Shown here: positions 1-7,447 of the stretch, one piece after another
Layout of the letters: each line of letters begins with the position of its first letter
Position numbering within the stretch: position 1 is the stretch's first letter
Virus record (IMG/VR): IMGVR_UViG_3300022666_000217
Coordinates: 1 to 49,490 of that record
DNA from: a virus
Taxonomy: Duplodnaviria; Caudoviricetes
DNA length: 49,490 nt
Direction: 5' to 3' (one strand)
Notes under the pieces: generated by a model
The model's input: only the letters and a program-made list of their open reading frames with translations
Told to the model about the DNA's origin: nothing
Databases searched by the model: none
Program-made: the position numbers and the translations under genes

Positions 1-439
1 CTTCCTCCCACTCTTTCTCTACCATAGCCTTGAGCTGATCATACAGTAGCTCAGCGTCCCAGAATGGGAGCTCATGCATGTCAGATTCCATAAGCCCCTG
101 CTGCGCATCTCCACCGTGGGCGTAGTCTGAGCCGAACTTATATCCGACTATGCTATAGACTCCAGCTTCTTGTCTCTCGAAGAGAGGCTCGAAGAAGGTG
201 ATTCCTCCGTGGAGCCAAAGGTCAGGTTTAGTCGGGAGGTGTTCCCATATATGCTCGGCATCCGGGTCTATCTGGTCGAAAAGTGGATGACCTCTGAAGA
301 CGTAGGCATAGACGTTCCACCTATGTCCGAGGTCATGCGGTGGGTAGGCATGGCCACGATTCCAGTGTTTCACCTGAACCATGAAGTTACTGCCAATCCT
401 ATCCCAGACTTCTTTCTTCTGTAGTTCACTTCTAAACAT
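1..439 (-). CDS. Conserved phage hypothetical protein (3' end runs off window)
   Basis: Not in the ORF track. Manual translation from ATG at 439: MFRSELQKKEVWDRIG...WNVYAYVFRGHPLF...LHGGITFF...FGSDYAHGGD..., open to position 1. GGAGG RBS at 449-453. The HGGITF/DxAH pattern is typical of a common small phage family. Confidence 0.75.
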   Translation of the reverse strand, partial: MFRSELQKKEVWDRIGSNFMVQVKHWNRGHAYPPHDLGHRWNVYAYVFRGHPLFDQIDPDAEHIWEHLPTKPDLWLHGGITFFEPLFERQEAGVYSIVGYKFGSDYAHGGDAQQGLMESDMHELPFWDAELLYDQLKAMVEKEWEE

Positions 440-463
440 GTTATCGCTCCTCCAGAGCTAATT

Positions 464-492
464 AAAAAATGGAGGGACGGGGGCGTCCCTCC
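464..492 (-). terminator. Intrinsic terminator downstream of ligase
   Basis: 9-bp stem GGAGGGACG/CGTCCCTCC (471-492) followed on the - strand by ATTTTTT. Confidence 0.75.
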
Positions 493-566
493 GATATACA
501 GTTTCTTCTTTCAGGTCTGTTTTGTCTGTGACGATCTTTGACATTGGTTGAGGAAGCTTTGCTTGT

Positions 567-1460
567 CTATAGGAGAGTCTCCTTTCTGCTTTCGCTCTGC
601 TCCTCACCGCCGAGTGTGATATGCAGAGCTACTGGAAACCGAGGCACGCCTCGATCTGTCAGTTGTTGGTATTTAACTGTGATCTTCTTCCCTATGAGAG
701 AGTGTCTTATAGACCAGAGTTGAACTCTATTATCCCAGGTCAGAAGAGGCCCAGTTCCTACGGAGAATATGTTAGAGTCATCGTCTTTCACTACAAAGGC
801 TCCGACTCTTTCCTTGACTACACCATCCTGTGATACTTCTGGCACTACTTGCGTTATAGTGTAAACATCGCTCTTATCTGGCTTTATCTTGAGCATCTTA
901 GGCGTCCGGCAGCGGATGTAGGGAAGGTCTCTCTGCTTTATGATAACTCCCTCATATCCCATCTTGACGAACATGTCTACCAGATTATTGATGTCTTCCA
1001 TGGAGTGGGCGTAGAAGTTTTCTACCCTGTAGATTCCCATTCCAGGGTATTCACTGGGAATAGGAAGGCCAAGGATCTGGGTGAGCCTGTCATGGTAGCC
1101 TCCTTCAGCCGACGGCATATCGAATATGTGATACTCCATCTCATTCGCTAGAGGGTGTACGTCTACTGTTCTACTGGTTACAGAGAATATCCTCTCGAAA
1201 CTCCAGCCATGGACATATAGCTCACCATCGAGCTCGGTTCCTGGCTTGAGCCTGAGACTTTTCAGAGTCTGCAGAAGCCTGGGTAATTGTGTAATTGGAT
1301 TACCTTGGCTGCTTAGCAGGTCGAAGGAATCCTTATCTCTCTGAATAAATCTGGCTCTGACTCCATCCAGTTTGGGTTGGACATAGCAGGGGAAGCCAAT
1401 CCTGGCCAGCCTTGCTTCCTCGAATGGGTACGGGAGCATTATTCCGATTCGTTTGCTCAT
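567..1460 (-). CDS. ATP-dependent DNA ligase
   Basis: Motif I QPKLDGVR, LDGELY, YHIFD, EGVIIK, LKIK and a C-terminal OB fold (VGTG...KITVKYQ...PRFP). Start reset to ATG 1460 with AGGAGA RBS; an in-frame ATG also lies at 1487. Confidence 0.93.
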   Translation of the reverse strand: MSKRIGIMLPYPFEEARLARIGFPCYVQPKLDGVRARFIQRDKDSFDLLSSQGNPITQLPRLLQTLKSLRLKPGTELDGELYVHGWSFERIFSVTSRTVDVHPLANEMEYHIFDMPSAEGGYHDRLTQILGLPIPSEYPGMGIYRVENFYAHSMEDINNLVDMFVKMGYEGVIIKQRDLPYIRCRTPKMLKIKPDKSDVYTITQVVPEVSQDGVVKERVGAFVVKDDDSNIFSVGTGPLLTWDNRVQLWSIRHSLIGKKITVKYQQLTDRGVPRFPVALHITLGGEEQSESRKETLL

Positions 1461-1497
1461 AATTGATTGTTCTCCTGCTCTTAGCATTATCTCCAGG

Positions 1498-1514
1498 TGT
1501 AAGAAAATCTTACA
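1498..1514. promoter_or_regulatory. Palindromic box 1 TGTAAGAAAATCTTACA
   Basis: One of 11 copies; on the - strand it lies between a hairpin (1516-1552) and the ligase start. Confidence 0.85.
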
Positions 1515-1515
1515 T

Positions 1516-1552
1516 GAGGGATAGGGAGCGCCGCCAGGACTCCCTATCCCTC
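1516..1552 (-). terminator. 13-bp GC hairpin without U-tract, abutting box 1
   Basis: GAGGGATAGGGAG...CTCCCTATCCCTC perfect inverted repeat just after the stop at 1568. Confidence 0.6.
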
Positions 1553-1567
1553 TGCCTGTGAGACAGA

Positions 1568-1951
1568 CTACTGCCCAGCTTGCTGCCCAGCTTGCTGCTG
1601 CAGTTGGGTAAGCTGCTCCTGGAGGGAGCGAATGAGGTCCGCTTTGTCTGCAGCGGACAGGTTTGCGAAGTTGGAGAGAATCCTCTTCTTCGGGTCCTTT
1701 GGACCAGATGCCCGTGGGCCGCGAGTTCCGAGCTTGAAGATGCTCAGGATCTCGGCGATCTGCTCGTCCGACATATCCTTGTCGAAGCATTGACGAACCC
1801 TGGCGTTGGTTTTCAGCTTTGCCCCGTCGATGAACAGGTCGTAGACGACCTCAGCCCCGAATAGAGCAATGGCCTCGTCCAGATTCTCACCGAAGTTCAT
1901 ATCCACGCTATAGGCGCGGACTTTGTTCTTGACATTTACAGTCGTAGGCAT
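1568..1951 (-). CDS. Hypothetical protein, 127 aa
   Basis: Start MPTTVNVK at 1951 with AGGAGG RBS, own promoter upstream, Q-rich C-terminus. Confidence 0.8.
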   Translation of the reverse strand: MPTTVNVKNKVRAYSVDMNFGENLDEAIALFGAEVVYDLFIDGAKLKTNARVRQCFDKDMSDEQIAEILSIFKLGTRGPRASGPKDPKKRILSNFANLSAADKADLIRSLQEQLTQLQQQAGQQAGQ

Positions 1952-2039
1952 ATTGTGCCTCCTTTGAGGGTGCTGGCGGCTTATACTACTGCTAAGAGAG
2001 TGGCCTGCAAAGCAGGTCCTATCCAAGATTGGAATCTCT

Positions 2040-2068
2040 CTTATAGCATACTTTTATGCCCTTGTCAA
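2040..2068 (-). promoter_or_regulatory. Sigma70-type promoter
   Basis: - strand TTGACA-N17-TATAAG with extended -10 TG; the -35 sits inside the palindrome CCCTTGTCAAGGG. Confidence 0.75.
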
Positions 2069-2118
2069 GGGTTATTTTCGGCTGCCGGTAAATTATTTTT
2101 GGCAGCTCCTTCCTATAA

Positions 2119-2460
2119 CTACTCTACCTCTATCTCCAAGGAATTGAGCAGATCCAGTGTCTTCTGGATTCTATCCTCCTGACTATCTGCGTCGATAATG
2201 GAGGTTAGCTCTGGCAGGAGCTTATCCTGCTCCTGATATACTGCGATACCGGACATTATTCTCTTAGCCGTGTCTTCATCTGGCACGTCGATACCAGATG
2301 CGACTAGAGCTCGAGAGAACTCGCCGAGTATTGCTCTGCAGATGTAGGATTTACTCTGCACTGGTATGCCCTTCTTCTGCAGGTATAGGGCAAACTGAGC
2401 TACTACTGCTCTCGGTATCCGTATCCCTACCTGCAGTCTCGCTATCGAGGTTGGGCTCAT
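2119..2460 (-). CDS. Hypothetical protein, possible ribbon-helix-helix DNA-binding protein
   Basis: N-terminal VGIRIP strand, a helix, then SKSYICRAIL, an RHH-like pattern (inference). Confidence 0.55.
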   Translation of the reverse strand: MSPTSIARLQVGIRIPRAVVAQFALYLQKKGIPVQSKSYICRAILGEFSRALVASGIDVPDEDTAKRIMSGIAVYQEQDKLLPELTSIIDADSQEDRIQKTLDLLNSLEIEVE

Positions 2461-3004
2461 CTTCGGTGTCCTCCTCTGTTTCTATCTCTAGCTCTGACTC
2501 TATCTCTAGCTCTGGCTCTAGCTCTAGCTCTTCTACCGAGCTTGAGTCTAAGCTCAGCCAATCTTGCTCAGAATCCATGCTATTGTAGCACATATCAGGA
2601 GCATTAGTACTGCTCCCAGCATTAACTCTATCATGTCTGACTTCCTTTCTTTTGACTGGTGCCCCCATATCTTCCTCTTGCTTACGCACGAGGAGGGCTA
2701 ATCTTGTGCTGAGTACCTTAGAAATATACTCGGCCTCTACTTGAGATAGGTTCTCAGGTAGCGCCTCTTTCAGACAGGTGCAGTTGCTGTCGATAAGCTG
2801 CAGGGCTAGTTTATGCAGCTCGAATTGCCTATTGAGCTTGCACCGCATATGCTCGGCATATCGAGCCTGCCACCTGTAGAACCACACTGCTTCACGCTCA
2901 TCCTTTATATACAGCTGCATGAACTCTGAGATAGTAAGCTCATGAGCTTGAGCGTAGAGCAGAGCGTACCTTAGCTCGACTTGTCGCTCTCTAGAAATGT
3001 GCAT
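2351..3004 (-). CDS. Hypothetical protein with acidic low-complexity C-terminus
   Basis: 217-aa ORF in the - strand early operon; ELELEPELEIESELEIETEE tract. Confidence 0.6.
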   Translation of the reverse strand: MHISRERQVELRYALLYAQAHELTISEFMQLYIKDEREAVWFYRWQARYAEHMRCKLNRQFELHKLALQLIDSNCTCLKEALPENLSQVEAEYISKVLSTRLALLVRKQEEDMGAPVKRKEVRHDRVNAGSSTNAPDMCYNSMDSEQDWLSLDSSSVEELELEPELEIESELEIETEEDTEDEPNLDSETAGRDTDTESSSSSVCPIPAEEGHTSAE

Positions 3005-3327
3005 GGACAGCTCCCTAAGCTGGGATATTTCTCAGTGAACCACTGAGGTGGATTCCGTCTTATCTCGACAGGTGCTGCTCCCAGCACTTGGGCTGGATGG
3101 GTGTCGAGAAGGTACTCTAGTATATGTGGATAGAACTTAGCCCTTGTTTCTTTATCTGTCATCTCCATAAAGAAACGAGCTGTTTCCTCCTTTATGTCTG
3201 GAGGCTCCAGCTTCATTACCCAGGAGCGCCACGGGAAGGGTCTTTCTCTGACTCTTCCCTTTAGGACACACTTATACTCATTCATGGCACAGGTGTCCAG
3301 CCTCACGTCTACGTACTTACTGTACAT
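2971..3327 (-). CDS. Hypothetical protein
   Basis: Start MYSKY at 3327 with AAGGAG RBS; overlaps its neighbours. Confidence 0.65.
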   Translation of the reverse strand: MYSKYVDVRLDTCAMNEYKCVLKGRVRERPFPWRSWVMKLEPPDIKEETARFFMEMTDKETRAKFYPHILEYLLDTHPAQVLGAAPVEIRRNPPQWFTEKYPSLGSCPCTFLESDKSS

Positions 3328-3502
3328 CTCCTGGCTCCTTCCTATCGATAATGACATTCCTTCGTGCTATGTCGATAAACATAGCAGCGAAGTGCCACGC
3401 ACTACGTACGGCAGTGCCTGGGCTTATCCCTGCTCTGATATCCGCGAGGAATAACTCACGGGCCAGGTAGAACTGCTCTACCTTTAGTTGTTTCTCGTCC
3501 AT
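3317..3502 (-). CDS. Hypothetical protein
   Basis: Start MDEKQ at 3502 with strong GAGGAGG RBS. Confidence 0.65.
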   Translation of the reverse strand: MDEKQLKVEQFYLARELFLADIRAGISPGTAVRSAWHFAAMFIDIARRNVIIDRKEPGDVQ

Positions 3503-3518
3503 GAGGTTAACCTCCTCC

Positions 3519-3725
3519 TCAGATTCTAGGATCGAGGTCATCATATCGACGACCTGTGCTCTTGGGCTTAGGAAGCTCGAACTCAACTATATCGAGCTTT
3601 GATACTAAAGCAGTGTCTCCCTGCTCAAGCAGGTCTTCCTCCATCTTGAGCAAGTACTGCTCCGCCTCCTCCCACGTTGAGAAGACAGCTAGTACTTCCT
3701 CACCCAGGTCAACTCTATACTGCAT
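3519..3725 (-). CDS. Hypothetical protein
   Basis: 68 aa, AAAGGAGG RBS. Confidence 0.7.
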   Translation of the reverse strand: MQYRVDLGEEVLAVFSTWEEAEQYLLKMEEDLLEQGDTALVSKLDIVEFELPKPKSTGRRYDDLDPRI

Positions 3726-3743
3726 ACATATGCACCTCCTTTC

Positions 3744-3776
3744 TCTTGAGTTTAGATCAGGTCTTGAGTTTAGATC
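3744..3776. repeat. Direct repeat TCTTGAGTTTAGATC x2
   Basis: 15-bp copies at 3744-3758 and 3762-3776, adjoining box 2. Confidence 0.85.
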
Positions 3777-3780
3777 CAGG

Positions 3781-3797
3781 TGTAAGAATATCTTACA
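3781..3797. promoter_or_regulatory. Palindromic box 2 TGTAAGAATATCTTACA
   Basis: Extends to a 27-bp inverted repeat CCAGG...CCTGG (3776-3802); intergenic. Confidence 0.85.
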
Positions 3798-3818
3798 CCT
3801 GGCCCTAAGCCCAGGAGT

Positions 3819-4010
3819 CTACCTCCTTGTCGCTATTACATTCAAGGAGACTCCTATCTCTCCCAGATTGGGGAAACTGATCCAGGTGAATCCTGACGTG
3901 CTAGCCAGCACTTTACTCTTCCCTGTGGAAGATAGAGGTGCCTCTTGCTTTGACGCGAGCTTGATCTTAATAGTCAGCTCTTTTGTCTCAGGGTTATACT
4001 CTGTAATCAC
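3819..4010 (-). CDS. Small hypothetical protein (SSTGKSKVLAST motif)
   Basis: 63 aa, GTG start, AAGGAGG RBS. Confidence 0.7.
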   Translation of the reverse strand: MITEYNPETKELTIKIKLASKQEAPLSSTGKSKVLASTSGFTWISFPNLGEIGVSLNVIATRR

Positions 4011-4048
4011 AGCTAATTCCTCCTTTCTTAGGTGTACCCTGCCCAGGT

Positions 4049-4324
4049 TTAGTTCCTGAGCACCTGCAATCGCTCGTACTCGTCCATAAGCTTCTCGAAC
4101 CTGACCTTAACCCTCGCTGCGACGAGGGCTGCGATCAAGCCTTTTGAGAGCTCAGAGTCAACGAGGTCGACTAAGACGTCGACCCCCAGGAGCCCACCTT
4201 CCTCGATGGGCCTGACTTGAATGTATGAGTCAGGCCCGAAGATGTTGAGCACCTCTTCCGAGATGCTCTCCTGCTCGACTGCTATCGCCTGCTCAAGCAG
4301 GCGTTTCTTCTCTGCATCTAACAT
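4049..4324 (-). CDS. Hypothetical protein
   Basis: Start MLDAEKK at 4324 with GGAGG RBS. Confidence 0.7.
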   Translation of the reverse strand: MLDAEKKRLLEQAIAVEQESISEEVLNIFGPDSYIQVRPIEEGGLLGVDVLVDLVDSELSKGLIAALVAARVKVRFEKLMDEYERLQVLRN

Positions 4325-4545
4325 CCCATTCCTCCCTTCACACACATCCAACTATTGTCGCTCTGTTTCTGGTACTTCTGCCCTCTGCCCACGCCGAGGG
4401 TTCCTTTATTTGCCTGGAAGCAGGAGTGGCAGCAGTTACACCACCCCACGCCTCGTAGGTTGGCGTCGTACATGACACTAACCTGCTTGAACGACCTCCC
4501 ACAGAGGTCACACTTCTCTGGCGGGTTGACGTATGTAGTACCCAT
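4318..4545 (-). CDS. Small Cys-rich (zinc-binding) phage protein
   Basis: CDLC...WCNCCHSC...LGVGRGQKY; AAGGAGG RBS. Confidence 0.75.
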   Translation of the reverse strand: MGTTYVNPPEKCDLCGRSFKQVSVMYDANLRGVGWCNCCHSCFQANKGTLGVGRGQKYQKQSDNSWMCVKGGMGC

Positions 4546-4597
4546 ACTCGAAACCTCCTTGCACAAAAGTTCCTGTGCTTATGCACAGGCTTCTAAA

Positions 4598-4625
4598 ATG
4601 GTAGCATTGCTACCAATGCTACCAT
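4598..4625. repeat. 12-bp perfect inverted repeat with TGCTACCA tandem units
   Basis: ATGGTAGCATTG-CTAC-CAATGCTACCAT. Confidence 0.85.
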
Positions 4626-4634
4626 TGCTAACGC

Positions 4635-4836
4635 GTGATCACCCCCCCCTTTTCCGAAAACCTTCTACACCTGGGATTACCTATCCCGTGGACAGGAGGG
4701 GTGGGTATCTTTGGTCCTAGTTTTTTATATATTTTTTTTTCTACACTAAATAATTCTAACTGCTCGTCTTACGTTCAGGAGCAGTTATAGTTATTCCCAG
4801 GTGTAGAACCTTTTCGGAAAGAAGGGGGGTGATCAC
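4635..4836. repeat. Long imperfect inverted repeat (42-bp arms) enclosing T-tracts and an inner hairpin
   Basis: Arms 4635-4676 and 4795-4836 pair with 5 mismatches; inner stem TAACTGCTC/GAGCAGTTA (4757-4787). Confidence 0.85.
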
Positions 4837-4880
4837 ATGATCACTCTGCTAGCAACGATAACATGCTAGCATTTCCCTCA

Positions 4881-4897
4881 TGTAAGATTATCTTACA
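4881..4897. promoter_or_regulatory. Palindromic box 3 TGTAAGATTATCTTACA
   Basis: Intergenic copy flanked by CCTCA / CCTG. Confidence 0.85.
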
Positions 4898-4956
4898 CCT
4901 GCACTCCTACGTTCGACTTCCTGCTTTAACCTGGGGCAGAAAATTGAGCGAAGGAG

Positions 4957-4985
4957 TGGGAGGCTATTTCTAGCCTCCCAGTTTT
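4957..4985. terminator. Hairpin/terminator
   Basis: TGGGAGGCTA-TTTC-TAGCCTCCCA then GTTTT, next to the stop of 4987-5457. Confidence 0.6.
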
Positions 4986-4986
4986 C

Positions 4987-5457
4987 CTAGCTGGGCATCT
5001 TGGCCGTGAGCTCAGCGACTAACTTGGTAAGCTCAGCAATCTGCGTCTGCAGAGCCTGATTCTGACTAGTCAGAGCAGCGATCATGCTATCCTTCTTAAT
5101 CGACTGCGATCTCTTCCCAGTCGGCAGAATCAGCCATGCGTCCAGATCGCTCACGGTTAGGTGCAGCTTGTGGTCAATCCTGCTAGGATACGTAGCGTCC
5201 GTATCCTGTAGGCTTTCTAACTTATCTCCGATCATCGTCCGAGGAGTATTGCCTCCCCAGAGCACCGACCAGAGGAAGTCTGGATCGAAGTCTACAAGCC
5301 TGCCGATAACCTTAAGCTCGTAGGTAACCTTCCCGCCACTAGGTCCCACCTTAAAGTTAGGATAGTGGAAGTAGCGTGTCTTCAGGAATCCTGCTTCTAT
5401 CTCAGCAGTAGGGTCCTGTCCGCTATCGGGTAGATAACCTGTCTCGGTTATGGCCAT
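4987..5457 (-). CDS. Hypothetical protein with C-terminal coiled coil
   Basis: 156 aa, GGAGA RBS; first gene of the leftward block. Confidence 0.7.
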   Translation of the reverse strand: MAITETGYLPDSGQDPTAEIEAGFLKTRYFHYPNFKVGPSGGKVTYELKVIGRLVDFDPDFLWSVLWGGNTPRTMIGDKLESLQDTDATYPSRIDHKLHLTVSDLDAWLILPTGKRSQSIKKDSMIAALTSQNQALQTQIAELTKLVAELTAKMPS

Positions 5458-5591
5458 GATATGTCTCCTAGCTAGGGGTGGCCCACTAGGATGAATCTGT
5501 CAGTTTTTCCTGAGGGAGCACCTCCTAGGTAATCTAACGGCGCCACGCGCCTGACCCTGATAGGTGCAGGTCCCATGCCATAGAGGGATAG

Positions 5592-5733
5592 TCAAGTAAA
5601 TCAAGCAAGTCAAGTAGGAATTATCAAGCAGATCAAGTAAGTCAAGACGCATTATCGTAACCTGCTCGTAACCTGCCCAGAATTAAACAATAGCCTGTTC
5701 AAGATTGGGCAGAGCTGTTCAAGATTGGGCAGA
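5592..5733. repeat. Short direct-repeat cluster (possible origin or terminus region)
   Basis: TCAAG at 5592, 5601, 5610, 5624, 5633 and 5642; TCGTAACCTGC x2 (5655-5676); CTGTTCAAGATTGGGCAGA x2 (5695-5733). Confidence 0.8.
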
Positions 5734-6248
5734 AGTATGGACTATCTAGTCCGATTATTCAAGTGTGAACACTATGCCCTAAACCCCAGGGCTAGTTCGC
5801 TATCTACACCAGCCCCTGGCGGAATATCCTGCATACCAGTACTAGACTACTCTAGTACCAGACTACCCCTATCTGGCCCACCAATACTCTGCAAGCCCGA
5901 TATACTCTACAGACTAAGTCGTCTATGCACAAGTACTCTGCCTAATCTATGGGGCTGGTAGTCTATTAGCACCCCCAGCTAGGGGGGTAGAGTCGCTGCA
6001 GTACGTGATACCCACGAGGTTAGATTACGTGACGATTTTATTAAAGGTACAAAAATGTACATCCTAGTTACCAGACCTATCGGGAGAGAGGAAGGCTCTA
6101 GCCTGCCCGCGATAGGGGCTTTCTAAAACGGTTTAGCGGCTGGCTAGCCCGCCCTTGGTACTATGGCATAGGCTGGCCGGAGCCAGCCTTATATGGGATT
6201 GCTATTATGGTATCTACCTACACCTTGCACTATACCAGCCCCACCTCG

Positions 6249-6265
6249 TGTAAGATAATCTTACA
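6249..6265. promoter_or_regulatory. Palindromic box 4 TGTAAGATAATCTTACA
   Basis: Ends 26 bp upstream of the -35 of the late-block promoter. Confidence 0.85.
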
Positions 6266-6291
6266 CCTGAAGAAAGGGAAGGAAATATGCC

Positions 6292-6320
6292 TTGACAAGG
6301 AAAGGAAAGTATGCTATAGT
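6292..6320 (+). promoter_or_regulatory. Sigma70-type promoter of the late/structural block
   Basis: TTGACA-N17-TATAGT with extended -10 TG; GGAGG RBS follows before the ATG at 6351. Confidence 0.8.
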
Positions 6321-6350
6321 CAGAAAAAGCTGGGAGGATATGTGTAGATT

Positions 6351-6968
6351 ATGCTCGACTATGGTCTAGGAATTAGCCCTGAGCAAAGCCCGCCGACGCC
6401 GACGAGGGACAAGGTCGGAGTCGATGTGCTTTGGGACAGGCATAGGGAAATTCTCCGACAAGTAGCTCTGGGGAAAACTAATGCACAGATAGCGGAAGAT
6501 ATGGGTGTCTCCTCCCTCACTGTTGCTAGTGTAAAGAGTAGCCCCTTGGGTCAAGCTCAGCTATCCTACCTCAGAAGGCAAGCCGACGAGGCGGTACAAA
6601 GAACCTCAGCTAGAATAGCCATGCTAGCCCCGAAAGCCGAGGCTGTTCTTGTCGAGATCATGACTAACCCTGAGAGCCCGTATTCTGTCCGAGCCAACGT
6701 AGCCAAGGATCTGCTCGACCGAGCCGGGCTAGGTGCGGTGAAGAAAGTAGAGGCCCATACCTTCAGCCAGCACGTTACCGACAGGGATATCTCTGAGCTG
6801 AAGAAAAGACTGGACGCTGCCGGTATCATCGTCCAAGTAGAAGCCCAGGAGGAAAGCGATGCGCTGGTGGGAAACTTGGGAGGAGCGTTGGAAAGAGAAT
6901 ACAGCCAAAGTCACGATCAAGGTTCCTCTCTTGAAAATCAAGAGATGGATCTGGTCGAAATTGGGTAG
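6351..6968 (+). CDS. Putative terminase small subunit (N-terminal HTH)
   Basis: GKTNAQIAEDMGVSSLTV HTH and VRANVAKDLLDRAGLG motif; position upstream of TerL. Confidence 0.65.
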   Translation: MLDYGLGISPEQSPPTPTRDKVGVDVLWDRHREILRQVALGKTNAQIAEDMGVSSLTVASVKSSPLGQAQLSYLRRQADEAVQRTSARIAMLAPKAEAVLVEIMTNPESPYSVRANVAKDLLDRAGLGAVKKVEAHTFSQHVTDRDISELKKRLDAAGIIVQVEAQEESDALVGNLGGALEREYSQSHDQGSSLENQEMDLVEIG

Positions 6969-7020
6969 GAGCAAAACCAATGTGTAGAACAGGCAGGAAG
7001 AAAGGGAAGGTGAAGAGATA

Positions 7021-7443
7021 ATGCTAGAGAAGCCGAATGCAGTGATCGCCGCTATCGTGGCTATGTTCGTAACACAGATCATTCCTCTACTCACAAGCTG
7101 GGGAGTACCTGAGGAACTCGCCCGAGAGATAGCCTCCTGGGGAGGCGCCACCATCTGGGCGCTTTCTGCCCTGCTTTGGTACGTCGTAACTAATATGCTT
7201 AAGCTCAGAGAGCCGGCCTCTATCGTCGTAGGCTTGATCGAGAGTGCCAACCCTGGTATGGCTGGTGCGGAGAAAAGAGCTCAGGCCGTCGCTAAGCTCG
7301 AGGCTCTAATCGACGACATGAAGATCAACTGGGTGAGCAAGAAGGTGCTTAAGTTATTCGCAGGAAAGGCCATCGACTCAGTAGTAGCTGTGACGAAGGA
7401 TCTGCTGTATAAGCAGCCTCCGAAGATTAAAGTAGGAGGTTAA
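7021..7443 (+). CDS. Membrane protein, putative holin
   Basis: Two N-terminal hydrophobic segments plus GAEKRAQAVAKLE, resembling LL-H-type holins. Confidence 0.5.
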   Translation: MLEKPNAVIAAIVAMFVTQIIPLLTSWGVPEELAREIASWGGATIWALSALLWYVVTNMLKLREPASIVVGLIESANPGMAGAEKRAQAVAKLEALIDDMKINWVSKKVLKLFAGKAIDSVVAVTKDLLYKQPPKIKVGG

Positions 7444-7447
7444 TTTA

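Noticed and set aside
458-607. 49-aa GTG-start ORF after the ligase (- strand)
   Set aside because: No clear RBS and it runs through the terminator; cannot be supported
1498-1514. Box as an NtcA site
   Set aside because: NtcA is GTA-N8-TAC; here the spacing is N9
1461-1790. N-terminal extension of the ligase ORF (407 aa)
   Set aside because: It overlaps the 1568-1951 gene, the hairpin and the box; an RBS supports a start at 1460 (or 1487)
5725-5961. 78-aa ORF in the divergent gap
   Set aside because: TTG start inside a tandem repeat, no RBS, no recognisable features
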